A stretch of 63,401 nt of DNA, taken from IMG/VR virus record IMGVR_UViG_3300025154_000092, positions 1 to 63,401 of that record. The stretch is one strand, 5' to 3'. Under the pieces are notes generated by a model, which saw only the letters and a program-made list of their open reading frames with translations, had not been told where the DNA came from and made no database searches. Source of the DNA: a virus. Taxonomy: Duplodnaviria; Caudoviricetes. Shown piece by piece: positions 49,001-58,000 of the stretch (positions are counted from its first letter, which is position 1; every line of letters starts with the position of its first letter). Made by a program: the position numbers and the translations under genes.

Positions 49001-52000
49001 GAGCAAAGGTCAGATGGCCAGTATGTGAAGATTTTTGGAGCCCTCCAGTTTCAGAGATCGGAAAACTTTAAGCTCCAATCCGAGGTGGAAGAGGAAGAGA
49101 AAAAAGGGGCAAAATTCAAGAAGGGCGATCGGGTGGTGATCACCGGTTATGGAGAAGCGGAGCCGCGGCATGGGGAGATAAGCGATGTGCGCGGGTGGGC
49201 GTTTCGTCCGCTCTTCGGGGCTGGTGGGCAGTCTGCGACGGAATACGACTATGACGTGAAGACCGACCAGGGCGCTACGTGGCATGGGAATGATCAGAGG
49301 ATCGTGAAAGAGACCGAGCGGCCGGAGAAGGTTGTCCCAGACATCCTTCGGGGTAATACCTATATGGAGCCTGACTATGTTCTCCGTTCGATTGCGAGTA
49401 ATAGAAGAACGGCAAAGGAGAACAGAGCATCGGCGGGCAGGGCAAAGAAGGCCAGCAGGATCAGTGGGTACAGGAGACAGGCGGCAGAAGCGGACCAAGC
49501 TGCCGATGATCTGCAGGCGGCCTTCGATGAATGGGCGAAGAAATACCCGGAGGAGGCGGCGAAGTACCGGAAGACAGAAGGCGGAGGACAGAGGACGGCA
49601 ACCGAAAAGACAGTTGCGGGGGCAACGGAGACCCTCCGGGATTACGGCATCGATGCAACGAAGACCACGACCAAGAACGGGAAGCCGGTTTGGGAAGTCT
49701 CCGGGAATACGAAGCCCTATGCCGAAGAGATGAAGAAGGCGGGCGGGCGATGGTATGGGCCGAAGAAGGTGTGGTCTTTTTATGGGGAGGAGGATCCTAC
49801 TGCCCGGATCCTGGAGGCGCTGCCGAAGAAGGAAGGGACCCAAGGGACGGCAGAGACGAAAGGAATACCTAACCGCGGAGTGGCCAGCATCACGGGGAAG
49901 AAGCCGGAAGTGCCGGCCGAGACAGAGAAGCCTCAAACCCAAGAGGAAATGCTGGCCGCGGTGAGCGACTTCTTCAAGGGGGACAGGCCTGTTGTCTCCT
50001 GGACATTTAAGCAGTCCCTCGAGGAGTTTAACCGCAAGACGGTTGAAAGCCTTTCCTATGTGGGGAAACTCGTTTCAAGGGAAGAGCTGGCCAATGGCTG
50101 GGTGAAGGTGACCTATGAAAAGGTCGGTGAAAAACCTGTAACTCCCCAGGTGCCCACGGCCGGCGAGAAGGCACGCGAGACGGTTGACCATGTTAAGAAC
50201 GCTGTTGACAAGTTTAAAGCAATAAATAAGATATTGGGTGAGAAGGGTTCTCTCGGCGGACCGGTGGAGCAGGGGAAATACGACCTGATCCGGCCGCTCC
50301 TCAAGGAAGCATGGGATGAAATTGTTGCAGCCGGGAAATCGGCCAAGGAGTTTGTCCAGCTCGCTCTTCAAAACCTCTCACCCAAAGGCAGACCCTATTT
50401 CGAAAAGTTTGTCAGAGAGGAGATAAGCCATGCAAAGCCTGAGCCTGCAGGAACTGAAGAAGCAGAAGCCGAGCGACATCCAGATCGAGAGGCCGTGGGA
50501 AGAGCCGGAGTGGGAGGCGCACCTGCAGTACCTCCTGAACTACCACCCGGCAGCGACCTGGGAACTGTTTCAGAACGACCGGCCGGAGCTGGAGAAGAGG
50601 CTGAAACAGGCGGTGCAGAAGGGGGTGTATTACCGGGTGCTGTACCGGCTGGAGGGGAAACTGGAGCCGGACCAGATCGAGGAGAAGGTGCTCAACCTGG
50701 TGGCCCCAAGCGAGGAGCAACCAAAAGAGCCCCTTCCGGAAGAGCAGGAAAACCTCGTGCTCGCCTGGAGCCGCAATCTGCAGAGTTAGCCGAAGCCAAC
50801 CAGAACCACCGGATTGAGCCGGACGACGAGCTCGTGCCCCGCGGGGACGAGAAACGGATACAGGCGAACATCCGGGCCATAAAGCTTGTCAAGCAGCTCA
50901 TATCCGAAGAGCGAAACCCCACCAAAGCGGAAAAGAAGATCCTCGCCCAATACGTGGGCTGGGGAAAGTTTTCCGAGCGCATATTCAACAAGGAATTCGA
51001 CCGCTATGTGAGGGAGTACCGAGGGAAGACCCATACGGTGTGGGCGCCCTATGGCCAATCCGCAGAGAAGGAATATACCCCTGAGGATTTCTTCGGCAGA
51101 TACGGGGAAGAGAACGAGCGTAAGATAGAGGCTTACAAGAAGTGGGAGACAAAGTACGGCAAGGAGCTCCATCCTTTGCTCGGCGGCATGTTGACCGAAG
51201 AGGAGTGGAAGGCGGCCGAGGCCTCCACCCTGAATGCCCACTATACCAGCCGGCAGATCATCTCCTCGATGTGGGACCTGGCAGAACGGCTTGGATTCAA
51301 GAAGGGAACGGTACTCGAGCCGGCTGCCGGCGTGGGGCATTTCTTCGGGCTCATGCCGGAGAGTGTTGCCGCGGGATCGAAACTCATCGGCGTGGAGCTC
51401 GATACCATTTCGGGCGCCATTCTCTCCAAACTCTACCCTCAGGCGGATATCCGTGTAAAAGGCTTTGAGGAAAGCAACATCCCTGACAATTCCGTGGATC
51501 TCGTGATCACCAATGTCCCGTTCGGTCGCTGGGGCATATTCGATGCCAGGCATCCCGATTACTCCAACTGGTCCATTCACGACTACTTTCTTGCCCGATC
51601 GATCGATACGGCGCGGCCCGGCGGCCTGGTGATAGCGATCACCTCGCACTGGACCATGGACAAGGTTACGGGCGGAGAGAAGCGGGAATACTTTGCCAGG
51701 AAGGCCGATCTTGTCGGCGCAATCCGGCTGCCGAATACCGCTTTCCAGGAGAACGCCGGCACGGAGGTTGTGACCGACATCCTGGTGTTCCGGAAGAAGG
51801 ACAACTCATTCCGGCCGGAGATCCTGCCTTTTCGAAGCATCAAGAGCGTGCCCGTACCTGAAGGAAAGGATAAAAGCGCGGATGTAAACGAATACTTCGC
51901 CGATCATCCCGAGATGGTTCTCGGCAGACACTCCCTTTCGGGCACCATGCGGAGAGGCGGGGACGATGAATACACCCTGCTTCCGGACCCTGCAAAGCCC

Positions 52001-55000
52001 CTGGATCAAGGCATGAGGGATGCCATAAGCGCACTGCCCGAGAACATCCACGGGTATGTGGAAAAGACGGCGGAGCAACCCATTTTCTTTGCCTCTGAAG
52101 GGGCAAAGGATGGGGTGCTGTACGAAAAGGACGGCAAGCTCTACATGGTGGAAGACGGTAAATATGTTCAACCCACCTACCACAACAGCGCCGGCAAGCT
52201 GGTCCATCTGAGCGATGCGCAGATAGCGCGTGCCCGGCGATACCTGGAGCTGAAAGCGGCAACAAAGGCCCTGATCAACAAGATGAATCAGGACGAGGCT
52301 ACCGACGAGGAGATCAAGGAGCTCCAGGGGAACCTGAACGATGTGTACGACAGGTTCGTCAAGGAGTTCAACTACCTCAATCATCAGAGCAACGGCTTTC
52401 TCCGGTTGATCGACGGGGAATTCCCGATCACCGATGCCCTGGAGCAGATCGAGCAGGTTATTGAAAAGGATGAAAAGGGGCAGTCGCGGTACCGCAAGGT
52501 GTTTCACAAGATCGGGATGTTCTTCAAGAGAACGATTTTCCCCTTCAAGGAACCCGAGGCGGCGGAAAGCGTGGAGGATGGCGTCAATCTCTCCCTCATA
52601 TACCGCGGGAATATCGATCTGCATTACATTGCCAAGGTGACCGGCAAGGATCAGGACGGGGTTAGAAAGGAGATCCTGGAGAGCGGTGCTGCCTACCTGA
52701 ACCCGGTAAGCGGACTCCTGGAGGCCTCGGATGAATACCTCTCCGGCAATGTGGTGCGCAAACTGCGCGAGGCCGAGGCGGCTGTAAAGGAAAATAAAGA
52801 CTTTGAAAAGAACGTGAAGGCCCTCAAAGGTGTTCAGCCGAAATTCATCGACATCGAGCAGGCGCATTTCCGGTTGGGAACACCCTGGATCCCCACAGAA
52901 TCCGTTGAAGGCTTTCTCGAGGAAAGCCTGGGTGTGGAGGCTAAGGTAGAGCTCGTAAGGACGAAGGAGTTCACGAGGTTTCATGTCAGGATAACGAACG
53001 ACAGGTATAGCACGAAAAACGAAAAGACATGGGGGGTTTCCTGGAAACAGAAATCGCACGAGCAGGAAGATGAAGAAAAGGCGACGGGATCGGTGCGGAC
53101 GCTTCTTGGAACCGATTTGATCGAGGACGCGCTGAACCTCAAGATTGCAGAGGCCACGGATACGATCGACGTGGGGGACAGGAAGAGCATCCAGCGAAAG
53201 AACAAGAATGCGAGCATCGCCGCACAGGACAAACAGAATGAGATCCAGGACGCTTTCAGGACCTGGGCCCGGGGACACAAGAAATGGGCTTCGGAGTATG
53301 CGAAGCTTTTCAACGAAAACGAGAATCAGTACAAGGTGCGGGAATTTCCCGTTCCGACGATCACGCATTTCCCCAATGCCTCGCAGGATATCACCCTGCG
53401 CGACGAGCAGAAACGTGCGGTCATGCGCGGGCTGCGCGAATCCGCGCTGTTCGCTTACGGCGTGGGGACCGGCAAGACCTATATCATCATTACGACCGCC
53501 ATGGAGATGCGGCGGATAGGCACGGCCCGAAAGCCCTGCATTGTGGTTCAGAATTCCACCCTGGGGCAGTATGCCTCTTCTTTCAGGCGCCTTTATCCGG
53601 GTGCAACCGTTCTCATCCCGAACGAGAAACAGCGATCGGCAAAGCAGAGAAACCGCTTGATGATGCAGATTGCCCAGAACGATTGGGATGCAATCATTAT
53701 CCCCAAGAGTTTTGCCAATATGATCGCCGACGATCCGGCCCGGGAGCAGGCATACGTCCAGGAACAAATCGACATGATGGAAGAAGCCCGGTGGGCTGCC
53801 GAGCAGGAGGAAGGAAAAAACTCGTTCAAGGTAAAGGACCTCAATGCTGCAATAAGAGCCAAGGAGCAGCACCTGAAGAAACTCCTTGCCCGGCACAAAG
53901 ACAATGTGCTCACGTTCGAGCAGTTGGGCATAGATGCGCTCATTATCGATGAGGCGCACGATTACAAGCGCTCGGACTTCTTTACGAAGATGGACAAGGT
54001 TCGCGGCATCGATCGGGGATCGTCACAGCGCAGCGCTTCGATCTATCTCAAGATCAGGCACGTACAGGAGAAGACGGGCGGTAAAAACGTGATACTTGCG
54101 ACCGGAACCCCCATCAGCAACACGATGGCGGAGCTCTGGACCATGCTCAGGTATGTGCGGCCGGACATCCTTGATGAGTTTAACAGCGGGCTCTTCGATG
54201 ATTTCGCCGGCAACTTCGGCGAGGTGGAAATCAGGACCGAGGAGACGGCGGTCGGGACCTTCAAGGATATACAGCGTTTCTCGAAGTATGTGAACGGCCG
54301 TGCCTTGCTCACTATGTGGCGTGCTGCGACGGATGTGCTGCTTACCAAACATGCCGGCCTGGATCTACCCGCGGTAAAGGGCGGGAAACCGGAGATGATC
54401 AAGGTTGCACGCTCAAAGGACCTGCGGGTGTTCATGAGGGACCTGAGGGAAACGTACCGGGCGTGGGAGAATCTTTCGGGGAAGGAAAAACGGCTTAACA
54501 GGCACGTGCCCATTGTACTTTATGGCCTTGCAAAAAAGGCATCTGTGGATTTGCGGCTTGTCAACCCCATTGCGTACGGCGACGACCCGGAGAGCAAGCT
54601 CAACACGGTTGTGAAAACCGTTCACGATGTGTGGAAGAAGAGCACGCCGGAGAGCTCCACCCAGCTTGTATTCCTGGATATTTATCACGACAGCGAAAGA
54701 AAGTTCGATGCCCACGAGGACATAAAACAGAAACTCATCAAGCTGGGGATCCCGGAAGAGGAGATCGCCGTCGTCGAGCAGGTAAAGGGCGATGCCCGGA
54801 CCGAGGCCATGTGGCAGAAGGTGAGGGAAGGGAAGATCCGCGTGGCGATCGGCCACAGGGAAAAGCTCGGCGTGGGGGTGGATGTGCCTCAAAAGCTGAT
54901 CGCCGTGCACCATGTGGATCCACCTCAGAGGCCGATGGACTACGAGCAGAGCAACGGCCGGATTGTGCGGCAGGGAAACGAGAACCCGGAGGTGATGATA

Positions 55001-58000
55001 TTCAACTACGGCGTCGAAAAGACCCTGGACAGCGTTTTGTTTGACAGGCTGGCCATGAAGCAGTTCTTCATCGACCAGGTGCTTACAGGGCAGATCGAGG
55101 GGGATACCTTTGACGACCCTTTCACCGAAGAGCAGATGAATTTTTCCGCCATGCAGGCGGCGCTCATCGGGGATCCGGCGATCAATGAAAAGGTGGAGGT
55201 GGACGCAAAGTACAAGAAGCTGAAGATCGCCAAGCGTACCCACGAGCAGAGGCAATCGGATGCACGCTATAACATCAGGAGCCTTGAAGAGGATAAAATA
55301 CCGCGTAGAGAAGGGGAAGTTGCGACATACAGGAAGGAAGCCGAGGCGGTAAAGGCAGCCAGGGCGGATGCAAAGTTCTGGAAGGAGGTCACGCTTCCCG
55401 ATGGAAAGGCGGTTTCGCGGAAAGAGGCGCTTGAATGGGCGCAGGCGCAATGGGAGGCTTTTGGGAAGGAGACGAAAGATCGGGCAGCCAAGATCACGGT
55501 AAAAGACTGGAATGTGCTCCTCGAGGCGCACAAGTGGAGAGAAGCCATTCCGGAGTGGACGCAGGCGATAAAGATCGGGCACGGCTTTGTGGTGAATTTC
55601 GAGTCTGACGTTGAGTTTGTTACAACGGATATTGAACGGAACAAGCTCAAAAATAAGGACACGGTAAGGCCGATAATTGATCTGAGATGGAAGCTCAGCC
55701 ACGATGATTTCGGGGTGATGACGGTTTCGAGGCAAATTGTGGCGCCGTCCTCCGTGCAGCAGGCGATAGGGGCGGCGCTGGATGCGCCTGCCGAGCACCT
55801 TGCTTACCTGGAGCGGAACCTTCAGAAAGACAAAGAATCCCTTGCCGAATACAAAGAGATCGCCAAGGAGACCTTCGACAAAGAAGAGGAGTTGGCGGCC
55901 ACAGGGAAGCGGCAGCGTGAGCTCGAAGACTACTTGAGAACGAAGGTCATCGAGGAGGAGGATGAAGACCTGCGGGACGTGGAGGGCAGCGCCCAGGGGA
56001 TACTTGACAACATCCTGAGGGACGCGGATGAAGAGACAACCGGAGCCGCGGCGGCGCCGGAGGAGGAGGAAGAAGCGGCGGCGGCAAAGGAAAGAGCGGC
56101 GATTGATATAACACTGAAAAAGGGGGAAAGACTCTACTATTTTAACAAAGACGGCACGTTTTACCCGGTTGCGGGCCGGCCGGTCGATGTGGTGCCTTAT
56201 GGTGAATTCTTTGTTCACAAGGAAGGGAAATCCGATGTCTGGGAAGTCAGGGAAGTGCGGTCCGGTTTCAAGTGCGGCCAGGGGAACAGCATTGAAGAAG
56301 CCGTAAATATGGCCATATCGCAGTTCGAGCGCGTAGGAGAAGAAAAGGGCAAGCAGCTCATCGATGAGGCGGTGGAGGAGTCCGGCGAGTCTCCGGCTGT
56401 GAAGCAGGAGCAGTACAGCGTAGCGGGCCGGGAACGGGCCAGGGCACGGAAGCAGGTTACGCCGGCGGTGACGATCGATGATGTTCGGAAGATCTTCAAG
56501 GGGCAGCCGGTTGTGCTCACTCCTGAGGGGGAGATCAAGGTTTTCCCTCGAGAGCATAGGAGTGTGACCATCAAGTCGGTGGAGCAGATTACACCGAATA
56601 GCGTTGCCCTGAACATTGCCTATGGTGTGGAAAAGGTAAAGGGCGAAATTGCAGGGAAATACAAGGATGGCGAGATCTCGCTGCAGCGGGACGTGTCGGA
56701 CAAGTGGACGCTGACCCATGAGAGCTATCACTTCATGGAGGATGCCGGCATTGTCTCGCATGCCGACGTGGGGATCCTGAGGGCGAAGATCAGGAGCCTG
56801 GAGAATAAGGGCAAATGGACACCGGTAAACCCCAAAGACATTGGAGGCGGCGAGGACCGGGCGGCCTGGGTGACCGAGCAGCTCAAGGGGATTTACGACG
56901 TAAAGACGCTCACAGGGCAGATCCTGCAGAAGATCCGGCAGTTCATCGACCGTGTGATGGCGGCCTTCGGGATCCGGACGGCCGGCGCGGTGACCAGGGA
57001 TATTGAGACGGGAAGAGTGTTTGAGGGCAGAGGACAGAGGACAGAGGACGTAGGACAGCAAAAAGATCTTTTTGAAGTAAAGGTGTCCCCTACTGCCGGG
57101 CAGGCTAGTGCCGTGTTTCTGGGGTATCAGGAGACAGGCAGGGGAGGGAAGATTGCCCTTTTCAACATCGAGGGCGGAGAGCGCGACGGGAGCACGGTTT
57201 CGGCGGATACGCTCAAGGAGTTGGGGATTGACGTGCCTGAGGTCTCGGAAGAGCAGGAGTGGTATGCCATTGCAAAGCAGCCTCCGGGAAAGATTGTGGC
57301 GCAGGAGATCGAGCAGAACCGTTCGTTCGTGAACAAGATCTTTGAGCTTAGAGACGTGGCGAAGCTCAGAATCCAGAACCAGGTGTCGGAGCTGCAGCGG
57401 GAAGTGCAGAAGATGGCCGGCAAGGCCAGCAGGCGAAAGTTTACCCTGGGCTTTGCGCACAACAAGGAGCTCAAGCGTAGCATGGCATCGGATCAGCTCG
57501 ACCGGGCCATGATGGTTTACCGGGACCTGCAGACGAAACCTGAAAAGGCCGATGAGTTCAAGACCTGGGCCGAACAAAAACTGAAAGACAAGGACACTTC
57601 GGCAAAGGACAGGCTCACGATCAAAGGCCAATTGACACTGCTGGACCAGGCTCTTAACCTCACGCAGGAGCAAAAGGACTTTGCCATGGCCAAGTTGGGC
57701 GAGCTCTTCGAGAAGGCATTTGAGCTTGCCAAACGGACCAAGATCATCCAGACGCACAGGGACAATTACGTGCGGCGGTTGTGGAACCTGCCTGAAGGGA
57801 AAGAAGAGCAGTTTACCGGGTCCGGATCCGGGTACGGCTTTTCGGTGTACACCACTGCGGCCAAGAAGAGGACCCTGCCGACGATCCTCGACGGCTGGAT
57901 GGCGGGGTATGACCTCAAGGTAAAGGGGCTCACGAACAGCTACGAGAAGTACCTTACCGAGCTTGCGACCATCATTGCCAACAAGGCCTTCATCCAGAGG

